Assembly: GCA_016196545.1 (NCBI GenBank)
Contig: JACPXM010000036.1
Coordinates: 483-64,482, forward strand
Length of the DNA stretch: 64,000 nt
Direction: 5' to 3'
DNA from: Candidatus Omnitrophota bacterium
GTDB taxonomy: Bacteria > Omnitrophota > Omnitrophia > Omnitrophales > Aquincolibacteriaceae
The notes beneath the pieces were generated by a model, which saw only the letters and a program-made list of their open reading frames with translations, did not search any database and had not been told where the DNA came from. Both the position numbers and the translations under genes were made by a program. This document shows, one piece after another, positions 28,184-37,881 of this stretch. Position 1 is the stretch's first letter. Every line of letters starts with the position of its first letter.

Positions 28184-29310
28184 AAATCACGCAAGGCCAA
28201 TCCCAGGGCGACGGTCAAGAGCCCCTGATTTTTTTTGAAAAGCTCCAAATCCAGTCCTTCCACGGTTTTAACCTTTCCCAAAACATCCAGCGTTTCCACA
28301 GGGATTTGCAAATCTTTGGTGAGGGCGTCAATGACCACCGGATGATACCCTCCCCCCCCTGCGAGAAATAACTTCGTGATAGGCGTCGCGCCGTGCACTT
28401 GGTCTAAATAATAATCCAAGGACACTTTTAAGTCCGAAACCAGATTTCCCAGGGCTTCCTTTAAAACTTCTTGTGCCTCCGGTGTGGGGACACGGTCCAC
28501 CTCCATTTGCTCCATGGCGGCCTGATCGGTTAAACCGAGTTTGCGCTTTAAGCGTTTGATGACATCCATCCCTCCAAAAGAAAGATCACGGATAAAACGA
28601 GGATTCCCTCCCTGGGCGACACTTAAAGTTGAAATATCCGTTCCGATATCCAAAATGCCAATGGCGGAAGCCATGACATCAGGATAACAAAACTCAATCG
28701 CATTCAAAAAGGCGAGGGCATCGGCATCAATCAGTTCGACTTCCAACCCTGCGCTTTGAAAGGTTTGAATCAAGGGGTAGACCTCATCGCGCTTCACTCC
28801 GACAATTAAGACATTCATCATGGGACCCGAGGGCCCTTGAATGTTATCTTCGATAACGACGAAATCTAAAACCACCTCGTTATATTTGAAGGGAATGTAT
28901 TTTTCAGCCTCGAAGGTAATGGCACCTCTCAAATCCTCGGGCTTCATTTTGGGAAATTGAACGAATCGGATAACGACCCCCTGCCCCTTCACCGAGAGCC
29001 GAACTTTAGGAGTCACAAACTTTCCCGCCGCAAAGCACTCTTTGAGAATTTCCACCACTTTATCATTTTCCTTGGGGCGGGAGACTTTGTGAAATCGAGT
29101 GACCGTGATTTCATTTTGAAGTTTTTCGATTTCAAGAAATGCGATTTTTGAACGCCCAAAATCACAGGCCAGCCTCACGCTGGGAGCTAAATTGACCTCG
29201 GGTTTTACAGAGGTCTTGGTAAGCCGGGATTTTAAATCCTGTAAGGCGGCAAGCGAAGCCTGCGTAATGGGCGAAATAACACCTTGGATTTGAGGGAGTA
29301 TATCCTTCAT
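28180..29310 (-). CDS. pilM: PilM (actin-like ATPase fold)
   Basis: 376 aa. ILDIGTDISTLSV and FLAGGGG motifs. 4-nt overlap with pilN. Confidence 0.85.
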   Translation of the reverse strand: MKDILPQIQGVISPITQASLAALQDLKSRLTKTSVKPEVNLAPSVRLACDFGRSKIAFLEIEKLQNEITVTRFHKVSRPKENDKVVEILKECFAAGKFVTPKVRLSVKGQGVVIRFVQFPKMKPEDLRGAITFEAEKYIPFKYNEVVLDFVVIEDNIQGPSGPMMNVLIVGVKRDEVYPLIQTFQSAGLEVELIDADALAFLNAIEFCYPDVMASAIGILDIGTDISTLSVAQGGNPRFIRDLSFGGMDVIKRLKRKLGLTDQAAMEQMEVDRVPTPEAQEVLKEALGNLVSDLKVSLDYYLDQVHGATPITKLFLAGGGGYHPVVIDALTKDLQIPVETLDVLGKVKTVEGLDLELFKKNQGLLTVALGLALRDL

Positions 29311-29378
29311 GGGTCTCTAGTTTGTGATAGCGATAATATCGGCGAATTCAGGAGATAATGAAGGGGGGAATTTGAAAT

Positions 29379-29413
29379 AAAAAAACCCACCCCGTCCTTG
29401 CGGACAGGGTGGG
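29379..29413 (-). terminator. Intrinsic terminator after pilA
   Basis: The minus strand reads CCCACCCTGTCC-GCAA-GGACGGGGTGGG followed by TTTTTTTATTT. The single non-Watson-Crick position is a G-U pair only on the minus-strand RNA. Confidence 0.8.
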
Positions 29414-29436
29414 TTGAAAGACGAAAAGAAACCCGA

Positions 29437-29880
29437 CTATTTAATCGGAGTTCCCGTGCATCCCGTTGACGGGCAGGCACCACCGACATAAACAACGCCG
29501 GTATGATCCACGCCATAGTTGTTGCTGGCATCTGAAGTCGATGCCGCAGTTGCCATCATACCAAAGGTATTGCTGGCATTCGCATAGGCGAGGTTAAACC
29601 CGTGTTTGGGGTTGGTTGCCCAAGAAGCATCCAAATACGGGGGCGTTGCACCGGTCAATGTGGCAATGGTTGCCGCATAAGCCGGAGTGGACTGCGCCGC
29701 ACGATAGCTCTCATTGGCAGAGCTAAACGCGCGAAGGTCCGTCTTCATCGCACCTTCATTGGCATTCATTCTGGCGCGCAGAAGATTGGGAATGGCAATA
29801 GCGGCCAAGAGCCCAATAATCGCGACCACAATCATTATTTCAACGAGCGTGAAACCGCGTTGATTTAGTTTAATGAACAT
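29437..29880 (-). CDS. pilA: Type IV major pilin
   Basis: 147 aa. Prepilin leader and N-methylation site MFIKLNQRG/FTLVEIMIVVAIIGLLAAIAIPN. Confidence 0.93.
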   Translation of the reverse strand: MFIKLNQRGFTLVEIMIVVAIIGLLAAIAIPNLLRARMNANEGAMKTDLRAFSSANESYRAAQSTPAYAATIATLTGATPPYLDASWATNPKHGFNLAYANASNTFGMMATAASTSDASNNYGVDHTGVVYVGGACPSTGCTGTPIK

Positions 29881-30034
29881 CCTACACCTCCATGGTATTG
29901 TCGCGGCTAACTACAATTGAAGTATAACCCTAGTTTTGGACATCGGCAAATTCCAGGGAAACTAAATTTAATATTTCCAGTCTTGAAGTAGACTTTTCCA
30001 ATCCTTTAATAAACTTTCATTTCCTCTTTGAGGC

Positions 30035-31264
30035 TTAAGATACAACGGAGGAAAGGGTCAAGATCGGCAAAAACATTGCAATCACAATACCCCCGATAAC
30101 CACCCCCAAAAAGGCAATAATCAAAGGTTCAATCAAAGAGGTCAACCCTTCCACCGCCGAGTCCACTTCGGCATCATAAAAATCCGCGATTTTCATCAGC
30201 ATCTCTTCCAATTCTCCAGTCTCTTCCCCGATCGCAATCATACGGACCACCATCGAGGGAAAAACGGCGCTTTTCCCCAGAGGTCCGGAAATCCCCTCCC
30301 CTTTCTTCACCGATTCCATGAGGGCCATAATCACGAGTTCCATGCGCCGGTTTCCGCTTGTCTTGGATACAATTTCTAGCGAGGAGAGAAGGGGAACACC
30401 GCTTCGCACAAGCGTCGCAAAGGTCCGAGAAAATTTACTCACGGCGACCTTCATCATAATGGGACCAAAGACCGCGATTTTAATTTTAAGCGAATCCCAC
30501 CAAAGCTTCCCCGTGGGCGTTCGGGTAAATTGAACAAAACCAAAAATCCCGGCCCCGATTCCGCCCAAAACCAGATACCATTGCGCCGCCACAAAACGGC
30601 TAACATCAATTAAAATTTGAGTGGGTGCGGGAAGCTCGGCATTTAAGCCCTCAAAAATCTCGGCAAACTTGGGAATCACAAAGGCCATCATGCCAAACGT
30701 AATCAGAAACGCGAGTACCGTGACGCTGGCCGGATACATCATGGCCGATTTGACTTTCTTTTGAAGTGCGCTTGACTTTTCCAAATAGCTGGCGACGCGG
30801 TCCAGGATTTCTTCCAGTGCGCCGCTCTGTTCCCCCGCCCTTACCATATTAATGAAGAGAGAGGAAAATATTTTTTGATGTTTTTCCATGGCATCTGAAA
30901 AACTTTTTCCGCCTTGGACCTCCTGGTGCATGGTCCTCAAAACGACGCGGAATTTTTCCTTTTCCACCTGCTCCGAGAGAATGTCGAGGGCCTGAATCAA
31001 AGGAATGCCCGCACCCACCAGCGTGGCCATTTGCCGTGAAAAAACCACGAGGTCATCCAGCTTAATCCCGCCGGATTTTCCAACATTTTTGGCTGGCCCT
31101 TTGGACACACTGAAGGTCTTTTGTTTTTTGACCTCATTGATGCGGATAATCATGAGACCCTGGGAACGCAGCGTGTTGACAAGTGTCCCGACATCCGGAG
31201 CTTCTTGGATTCCGGTTTGATCTTTTCCGCCTTTATCTTTCACGAGATATTCAAAAGAGGGCAT
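30035..31264 (-). CDS. pilC: PilC (GspF-family platform protein)
   Basis: 409 aa. Duplicated GspF domain and three TM segments. Confidence 0.92.
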   Translation of the reverse strand: MPSFEYLVKDKGGKDQTGIQEAPDVGTLVNTLRSQGLMIIRINEVKKQKTFSVSKGPAKNVGKSGGIKLDDLVVFSRQMATLVGAGIPLIQALDILSEQVEKEKFRVVLRTMHQEVQGGKSFSDAMEKHQKIFSSLFINMVRAGEQSGALEEILDRVASYLEKSSALQKKVKSAMMYPASVTVLAFLITFGMMAFVIPKFAEIFEGLNAELPAPTQILIDVSRFVAAQWYLVLGGIGAGIFGFVQFTRTPTGKLWWDSLKIKIAVFGPIMMKVAVSKFSRTFATLVRSGVPLLSSLEIVSKTSGNRRMELVIMALMESVKKGEGISGPLGKSAVFPSMVVRMIAIGEETGELEEMLMKIADFYDAEVDSAVEGLTSLIEPLIIAFLGVVIGGIVIAMFLPILTLSSVVS

Positions 31265-31267
31265 CCT

Positions 31268-32983
31268 TTACTCCTGCGAGCTGACTCGAAGGACTTCTTC
31301 GAGCGTCGTTAATCCGTTTTTAAAAATTCCAAAGGCATTTTGAAACAACGTTTCCATTCCCTTTTTAACGGCCACTTCATGGAGGACATCGCTGGATTTC
31401 TTTTGCAAAACCAAATCCCGTATTTCGGGATCCATTTTTAGAACTTCAATGGTTCCCATCCGGCCGTAATAGCCCGATTGATTGCATTTCGCACACCCTT
31501 TGCCGCGAAAACTTTGCACGTCTTTTAAATCTTCCGGTTTTAACCCGCAGCGGCGCAGAACATCTTCCGGGACAGGATAGGGTTCTTTGCAATACTGGCA
31601 GATTTTCCGCATGAGGCGCTGGGCCGCAACGCAAATCACCGAAGACGCAATCAAAAAGGGCTCCACGCCCATATCAATGAGTCGCGTCATGGCGCCTGCG
31701 GCACTATTGGTGTGAAGCGTGCTGAAAACGAGATGACCCGTTAATGCGGCCTTGACGCCGATATCGGCAGTTTCTCCGTCACGGATTTCCCCCACCAGCA
31801 CGATATCCGGGCTTTGTCGCAAAAGGGAGCGAAGCCCGCTGGCAAACGTGAGACCGACCTCGGCATTTACCTGGGTTTGAGTGATGCCCTCGACTTGATA
31901 TTCCACCGGGTCTTCGACCGTCATAATATTACGGTCAATCGTATTCAGCGTGTTCAGGATCGTGTAAAGCGTGGTCGATTTTCCGCTTCCTGTGGGTCCG
32001 GTCACCAAAATCATGCCGTAGGGATTTTTAATGGCCTCGGCAAAGACGGAAGTGGGCTTTTCGGAAAACCCCAATTTATCAAGCCCGGATTTAAGCCCGC
32101 CTTTATCCAGTACGCGCAAAACGATTTTTTCTCCATAATAAATGGGAAGGATGGAGACGCGAAAATCAATTTCCCGGTCCCGCACTTTGACGCGGAAGCG
32201 TCCGTCCTGCGGAATGCGTTTTTCGGTGATATTGAGGGTCGACATGATTTTAACGCGCGCGCAAAGGGAGGGATACATATCCCGGCTATGGGAAAAGGCT
32301 TCCTTGAGGGAGCCGTCAATACGGTAGCGCACTCTGAAATTTCTTTCATAGGGTTCAAAGTGAATGTCGGAGGCTCGGGAACGAATGGCTTCGTCCAATA
32401 TCAAATTGACCATGCGCACCACGGGGGCATCTTCGGCCCCCTCTCCCTGCTTTTGATTCAAGGCATCCGAAAAATCGTCTTTCTCCTTAACGATTTCAAG
32501 GCCCTCGTCATCCATACCTTCCAGCATTTTCTCCAAATTCCCAGCGTCCCCATAATAATTTTCCACAAGCGTCGCAAGGGTTTTGGGGGATGCAAGAACA
32601 AAGACAACGTCACATTTGGTAATTTCTTTTAAATCATCTCGCATCAAAATATCGAAGGGCGTGGAAGTTGCAAGGGTTATGAGTTTTCCGATTTTTGCCA
32701 AAGGCAGAATTTGATATTTTTCCGTCAGCTTCTTGGGGACAAGCGTCAGGATTTCCTTGGGGATGCGAAGGGAATTGAGATTCAACAGGGGCATTTGCAG
32801 CTTGTCGCTTAAGAATTCGCTAACTTCTTCTTCTTTAATCAATTCTTTTTCAACCAAAAGCTGAAAGATTGATTTTTTTTCTGAGCGCGCTTGTGCTTGA
32901 AGGACCTTGAGCTCCTTGGCATCAATTTTTCTTTCCTCGGCGAGCTCGTGGGCAAGCGATTCTTTGGTGACAGCGATTTTCAT
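31268..32983 (-). CDS. pilB: PilB/GspE-class assembly ATPase, copy 1
   Basis: 571 aa. T2SSE_N-like N-terminus, Walker A GPTGSGKST, and a tetracysteine motif CQYC...CAKC. Confidence 0.92.
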   Translation of the reverse strand: MKIAVTKESLAHELAEERKIDAKELKVLQAQARSEKKSIFQLLVEKELIKEEEVSEFLSDKLQMPLLNLNSLRIPKEILTLVPKKLTEKYQILPLAKIGKLITLATSTPFDILMRDDLKEITKCDVVFVLASPKTLATLVENYYGDAGNLEKMLEGMDDEGLEIVKEKDDFSDALNQKQGEGAEDAPVVRMVNLILDEAIRSRASDIHFEPYERNFRVRYRIDGSLKEAFSHSRDMYPSLCARVKIMSTLNITEKRIPQDGRFRVKVRDREIDFRVSILPIYYGEKIVLRVLDKGGLKSGLDKLGFSEKPTSVFAEAIKNPYGMILVTGPTGSGKSTTLYTILNTLNTIDRNIMTVEDPVEYQVEGITQTQVNAEVGLTFASGLRSLLRQSPDIVLVGEIRDGETADIGVKAALTGHLVFSTLHTNSAAGAMTRLIDMGVEPFLIASSVICVAAQRLMRKICQYCKEPYPVPEDVLRRCGLKPEDLKDVQSFRGKGCAKCNQSGYYGRMGTIEVLKMDPEIRDLVLQKKSSDVLHEVAVKKGMETLFQNAFGIFKNGLTTLEEVLRVSSQE

Positions 32984-34782
32984 GCGGCCTTGGCTCCTGT
33001 CTTTTCCGGCTTTTTAAGCGGCTTCACTTCCCCTTTATCCAACCCTTGGTCTTCGCTGGTTACGCGGAATACTTCTTCCAAACTCGTATCCCCGGCCCCG
33101 GCCTTCTTTAATGCACACTCCCTCAAAGTCGTCATTCCGGAGCGATGCGCCTGGGACTTGATGGTTTCTGCGGATTTTCCATCCATAATTAATTCCCTGA
33201 CTTCGGGAGTGATTTGAAGAATTTCGGTAATGACACTTCGGCCCTTATAGCCGGACTGCCGGCATTCATTGCACCCTTTCCCTTGATAAAAGGTCGTGCC
33301 AAAAACTGCGGGATCGACTCCCATTTTGACCAAGACTTGTTTGTCCATTTCTTCAGGATGTTTGCATCGCGGGCACACCCGGCGGACAAGCCTCTGGGCG
33401 GAAATCATTAAAACCGTGGATGCGATTAAAAAGGGCTCAAGGCCCATATTGACCATGCGGGTTACGGAACTGGCTGCATCATTGGTATGCAAGGTACTCA
33501 AAACCAAATGCCCCGTCATGGCGGCCTTGACGGCAATGTCCAGTGTCTCCAAATCCCGGATTTCCCCCACCAGGCAAATATCAGGATCCTGGCGGAGAAT
33601 GGAGCGCAGCGCCAAGGGGAAAGTCAGTCCAAAGTTTTCCTTGATGTTGACTTGATTGATCCCAAAAATTTGATATTCCACCGGATCTTCGACGGTGGTG
33701 ATATTGACTGTGGGTTTGTCTAAATATTTGAGAACGGAATAAAGTGTTGTGGTTTTTCCGCTGCCCGTCGGGCCCGTCACTAAAATCATGCCGTGAGGAT
33801 GACGAGCCGAATCCTTGATAATTTGTTGTTCGGTCTCATTAAATCCCAGTTTTGAAATATCATGGCTTTGGGATTTGGTGTCCAAAATTCGAAGACAGAC
33901 TTTTTCTCCGAACGTGGTTGGCAAAATAGAAACGCGCATGTCCACTTCACGTTCCCCCACTTTGACCTTAAAGCGGCCGTCCTGCGGAATGCGGTGCTCG
34001 GCAATGTCCAGTTCGCTCATGACCTTGATTCTTGAAACAATGGCCGGGCCATGCATTTTTGGAGGGCGAATAATTTCTTCCAATAAGCCGTCCACACGAA
34101 CGCGCACTCGAACGAAACGCTCCCACGGCTCAATAAAGATATCGCTCGCCTTGCGTCGAATCCCTTCCATAAGCATGGTATTGACGAGTTTAATGATGGG
34201 AGTTTCAAAGGCCACCTTCATCAGTTCGGAGGTCTGAGCGCCTTTGTCCGCCTCTTGTTCGGTCTCAATCATTTTGACGATTTCATCTAATTCCTGGGCT
34301 TGGTGCTCCTCCTGCTGCGCACCATTTTCTGCCGTTGCGGCGCCGGCATTGTAATATTTCGCAATATATTTTTTGATCGTCCCATAAGGCGCCACGGAGG
34401 TTTTAATGCGAAGTCCGGTAATAGCCCTGATTTCGTCCAGGGCCTTTAGATTCAAAGGATTGGCAAATGCAATGGTTAAAGAATTTTCAAAGCGGCTGAT
34501 GGGAAGAACGGTATATTTTTCTGCCATGTTTTTGGGAATGACATCCAAGACCTTTTGATCGAGGGCAAAGACGGCCAAATTGACCGCGGTATAACCCATT
34601 TGATGGGTTAAAATGCTCGCGATTTTCTTGTCATCCGCTTTACCCAAACGAAAAAAAATATCCAGGAGAGGGTCTTTCGTTTTTTCCTGATCTTTCAAGG
34701 CCTCGTTCATCTGGTCTAAGGTGACGACGCCTTCACGAAGCAGGATATCCTTCAAATCATTTCGTGAGGATTCTTGAGCCAT
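32980..34782 (-). CDS. PilB/GspE-class assembly ATPase, copy 2
   Basis: 600 aa. Walker A GPTGSGKTT and CPRC...CNEC. The N-terminus carries a degenerate MshEN-like motif (DLKDILLREGVVTLDQMNEALKDQ). Confidence 0.9.
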   Translation of the reverse strand: MAQESSRNDLKDILLREGVVTLDQMNEALKDQEKTKDPLLDIFFRLGKADDKKIASILTHQMGYTAVNLAVFALDQKVLDVIPKNMAEKYTVLPISRFENSLTIAFANPLNLKALDEIRAITGLRIKTSVAPYGTIKKYIAKYYNAGAATAENGAQQEEHQAQELDEIVKMIETEQEADKGAQTSELMKVAFETPIIKLVNTMLMEGIRRKASDIFIEPWERFVRVRVRVDGLLEEIIRPPKMHGPAIVSRIKVMSELDIAEHRIPQDGRFKVKVGEREVDMRVSILPTTFGEKVCLRILDTKSQSHDISKLGFNETEQQIIKDSARHPHGMILVTGPTGSGKTTTLYSVLKYLDKPTVNITTVEDPVEYQIFGINQVNIKENFGLTFPLALRSILRQDPDICLVGEIRDLETLDIAVKAAMTGHLVLSTLHTNDAASSVTRMVNMGLEPFLIASTVLMISAQRLVRRVCPRCKHPEEMDKQVLVKMGVDPAVFGTTFYQGKGCNECRQSGYKGRSVITEILQITPEVRELIMDGKSAETIKSQAHRSGMTTLRECALKKAGAGDTSLEEVFRVTSEDQGLDKGEVKPLKKPEKTGAKAA

Positions 34783-34783
34783 C

Positions 34784-35245
34784 TTAACTTGCTTTCTTTA
34801 TTTTTTGGGCCTTGCTGTAAACCAGATCGAGCATATTCAAAATTTCCGTTGGCGTTGAGATAAATAATTGCGGTTTCAATGAAATTCCCTTCGTCAATTC
34901 TTCGACGGCCGTGTCATTGAGCGGGTCCGCCGTCGCGATAAAAACACGCTTTTCATCCTGATCCAAGACAAGCAGCATGGATTTCTTACAAAGTTGTTCA
35001 TCATAAGTTGCGGCGATTTCCATATTGACCGAATAATTGGCTACGGGAATATAGGGAACTTGAAGCTGTTTGCCCAATTCGGCAATAAGACCTTCTTCAC
35101 TCATATGGCCCAGACGAATCAAAATCTGACCGATGAGCCCCCCTTCCTTTTTTTGGTGATCAAGGGCTTCTTGAAGCATTTCCCGAGTAATGAGACCGTC
35201 TTCAACAAGGAGCTCGCCGAGGCGTTTTTTGGATCTTTCTCTCAT
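34784..35245 (-). CDS. Stand-alone T2SSE_N/MshEN-domain protein (candidate c-di-GMP receptor)
   Basis: 153 aa. RLGELLVEDGLITREMLQEALDHQ fits the MshEN motif RLGxxLLxxGLLxxxxLxxALxxQ. After 5 residues a second, near-complete motif follows (LIGQILIRLGHMSEEGLIAELGKQ). No ATPase domain. The gene ends 1 nt before the start of PilB copy 2. Confidence 0.75.
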   Translation of the reverse strand: MRERSKKRLGELLVEDGLITREMLQEALDHQKKEGGLIGQILIRLGHMSEEGLIAELGKQLQVPYIPVANYSVNMEIAATYDEQLCKKSMLLVLDQDEKRVFIATADPLNDTAVEELTKGISLKPQLFISTPTEILNMLDLVYSKAQKIKKAS

Positions 35246-35387
35246 AACACAAGAAGTATAACTCCTATAAATTACAATTTCAAATTAGCGGGAGATCGTT
35301 GTTGAGTATAATTATGATATTAACGTTATAAATTGATAGTTTTTTTTATATCCATAAAAGCTTTGATTGGAACAAGTTGCGTGATGC

Positions 35388-36140
35388 TTAGAAGTACTTC
35401 TGGAGAGGACAATCGTGGCAGAGAGGATTGTGGGGTTTGCAGAAATTTTTACCCACCGCCACGATTTGGGCGTGGAAATCGTTGAAGAGACCCAGACGAC
35501 GGGGAAGTGAATTTTCAAACGCGGATTGCCAGACTTTGTAATCCTGACTCAGCGATAACCGTTTGGGCGAGCTTTGCGTTTGAACCGTCAGACGATGCCT
35601 TGAAAAAATTCGCTTCGTATAAGCGTCGATGACAAAAAATGGCTTTTCCAAGGCATAGAGAAGAATGGAATCCGCCGTTTCCGGACCAATGCCATTCACG
35701 GCTAAAAGTTTTTGGTGAAGTTTGAGGCCCGTCTCTTTTCTCATTCGTCGAATGTTTCCACCGTATTCTCGGAAAAGAAAATGAATAAAATATTTTAATC
35801 GTTTTGCCTTTACATTGAAATATCCCGCCGGCTGAATCAGCGCGGCAAGCCTTTCCACGGAAATGGAATCAAGCCCGCGAGGGGTTAAAACCCTTTCCTG
35901 CTTTAAATTTTTAATGGCCTTTTCCACATTCGTCCAGGCCGTATTTTGAGTCAAAATGGCGCCCACCATCACTTCAAACGGTGAGTCGCCAGGCCACCAA
36001 TCTTGAGGACCAAAATAATTTGAAAGCGTTTTATAGACGTCTCCTAAGCGAGACGCTTTAAGAATGCGTTGCGATTTATGCCAGCGAAAATCTTTGAACT
36101 TCTTCATAAAGCGATCCTTCCGGCCCTCGATGACTTTCAA
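35388..36140 (-). CDS. Endonuclease III-like HhH-GPD base-excision repair protein
   Basis: 250 aa. Motifs GAILTQNTAW and LLAVNGIGPETADSILLYA (HhH), plus C-terminal Cys ligands CKPHNPLCHDCPL. Alternative start at ATG 36107. Confidence 0.8.
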   Translation of the reverse strand: MKVIEGRKDRFMKKFKDFRWHKSQRILKASRLGDVYKTLSNYFGPQDWWPGDSPFEVMVGAILTQNTAWTNVEKAIKNLKQERVLTPRGLDSISVERLAALIQPAGYFNVKAKRLKYFIHFLFREYGGNIRRMRKETGLKLHQKLLAVNGIGPETADSILLYALEKPFFVIDAYTKRIFSRHRLTVQTQSSPKRLSLSQDYKVWQSAFENSLPRRLGLFNDFHAQIVAVGKNFCKPHNPLCHDCPLQKYF

Positions 36141-36651
36141 AGAGGATTAAATGATGAAAAGATTTTGAACGGGTCTTTTCAAGACGAAGGGATTTGAGTC
36201 CTTCCGAAATCGAAGGATCAACGCGAGGGCATCGTGCTAAAGTGGCGTGAGGAACAAACGGTCTTTTTTCGATTTCGAATCCTCGGGTCTCGAGCGCTTG
36301 AGAGATATTTTTTTGAAGTTGCGTCAAGCGTTCCGTTTCACCTCCCAGTCCGAGCCATAGGACCCGCGGTTTCAAGGTATTGGGAAAACAGCCAAGGTTT
36401 TCAAGGTTCAGGTTAAAAGCCGGAAAGGGTTCGCTACAAGATTGAATCAAGGATTCAAGAGCGGGGATTTTTTCTGAATCGGTATTCCCAAAAAAATGAA
36501 GCGTTACGTGCACCCCTGCGGGACGTACCCATTTAACCTGAGGAAGTCGCTTACGGCACTGATCCAAAAGGAGTGTGATTTCATCGCGGAAAATATCTAG
36601 AGGGAGCGCTAGAAAAAGGCGTTTTTGAGCCTTTATTTGAGATGACGCCAT
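36076..36651 (-). CDS. thpR: RNA 2',3'-cyclic phosphodiesterase (2H family)
   Basis: 191 aa. Two HxTx motifs: HVTLHF and HATLAR. Confidence 0.88.
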   Translation of the reverse strand: MASSQIKAQKRLFLALPLDIFRDEITLLLDQCRKRLPQVKWVRPAGVHVTLHFFGNTDSEKIPALESLIQSCSEPFPAFNLNLENLGCFPNTLKPRVLWLGLGGETERLTQLQKNISQALETRGFEIEKRPFVPHATLARCPRVDPSISEGLKSLRLEKTRSKSFHHLILFESHRGPEGSLYEEVQRFSLA

Positions 36652-37871
36652 AAATATTCAAGCGCCTTTCGGGCTGAGCGCATTTGAACCATTTTACGGT
36701 CTCCGGGAAAATGATGACGCCAGGTCCTTCGAAATTTTTCTGAGGCAAGCCCGATATAGACCAGTCCCACGGGTTTTCGTTTGGATCCCCCGCTGGGGCC
36801 GGCAATGCCTGTAATCGAGATTCCAAAATCCGCTTTCATTTTCCTGCGAATCCCTTCGGCCATGCCCAAGGCAATCGTGGCCGATACCGCTCCGGCTTTG
36901 AGAATTTGTGCGTGCGCCACCTCAAGGACGTCCTCCTTCACGGAATTGGCGTACGCCGTAATCGAGCCTTTGAAATAGTCACTTGCTCCCGGATGGGAGG
37001 TCAGCAAATACGACAGAAGTCCTCCACTCGAGCTTTCCGCGACCGCAAGGGTTTTCCTCCGCTTCTTGAGCATTTCACCGACGGACTCCGCAAGGTCTCC
37101 TTCGGATTCTCGATACAAATACCCGCCGAGCCTCAGGCGGATTTTCCGCTTGAGCCTTTCTATAATTTTCCCCGTTTCCGCCTTCAGGCGCAAGGTTACG
37201 TGATTGGGCTCCGGATAGATTCCGAATTCAAAAGACTCCGAAAAGAAATCCCGGCCTAGTTTTTTCATGACCTCCGGCTCGGAGATGCCGGTCAAGGCCG
37301 CGGTCAGGGAATATTTGGGTCTTGTGGCTGGGAATTTCCGTATCAATAAAGGTCGGACCAATTCCCGGAACATTTTTTCCAATTCATAGGGAACACCAGG
37401 GAGTGCGATCAAAAGACGCCTGGGACTTTTCTCGAAAATAAAAAATCCCAAAGCGACACCGTGACGGTTAAAAAGAGGCACTGCGATTTCCGGAAAATGG
37501 GCTTCGATTTTAACGAGCGAAGGGGCTTTTTTGTGATAACGCCGGTAAAGGCGTTTGATCATTTGGTATTGTCTTGCAGAAAAGCGAAGGGGCGAATGAA
37601 AAAATTTTGCAAGGGCCTGCCTCGTTAAATCATCGGGGGTTGGGCCTAGCCCTCCGCTTACGAGAACCAATTCCGAGCGGTCCCATGCCACGCTCAGGGC
37701 ATCTATTATTTCTTTTTGATGATCCTGGCAAGCACTTTGATGCTTGACTTCAAAGCCGAGCGTGGTCAGTTCACGGCCCAGAAAAAGAGTATTGGTATTG
37801 AGTGTATTTCCCTGAAGAAGCTCATTGCCAACGGTCAAAAGCTCGGCAACGGGATGGGTAGAATGTGTCAT
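36633..37871 (-). CDS. cinA: CinA-family protein (MoCF-binding plus nicotinamide-nucleotide amidase domains)
   Basis: 412 aa. N-terminal ELLTVGNELLQGNTLNTN and C-terminal AVAESSSGGLL. Confidence 0.88.
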   Translation of the reverse strand: MTHSTHPVAELLTVGNELLQGNTLNTNTLFLGRELTTLGFEVKHQSACQDHQKEIIDALSVAWDRSELVLVSGGLGPTPDDLTRQALAKFFHSPLRFSARQYQMIKRLYRRYHKKAPSLVKIEAHFPEIAVPLFNRHGVALGFFIFEKSPRRLLIALPGVPYELEKMFRELVRPLLIRKFPATRPKYSLTAALTGISEPEVMKKLGRDFFSESFEFGIYPEPNHVTLRLKAETGKIIERLKRKIRLRLGGYLYRESEGDLAESVGEMLKKRRKTLAVAESSSGGLLSYLLTSHPGASDYFKGSITAYANSVKEDVLEVAHAQILKAGAVSATIALGMAEGIRRKMKADFGISITGIAGPSGGSKRKPVGLVYIGLASEKFRRTWRHHFPGDRKMVQMRSARKALEYLWRHLK

Positions 37872-37881
37872 GTCGGCGGAC

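Noticed and set aside
29881-30034. Looked for a sigma-54 promoter upstream of pilA, as is common for pilins.
   Set aside because: No TGGCAC-N5-TTGC-like element with correct spacing is present. The CTGGAATTTGCC string has the GG and GC too close together.
34782-34784. Possibility that the MshEN-only ORF and PilB copy 2 are one gene split by a frameshift.
   Set aside because: PilB copy 2 has its own complete T2SSE_N-like N-terminus and an ATG. A merged protein would carry two N-domains. The 1-nt gap looks like normal translational coupling.
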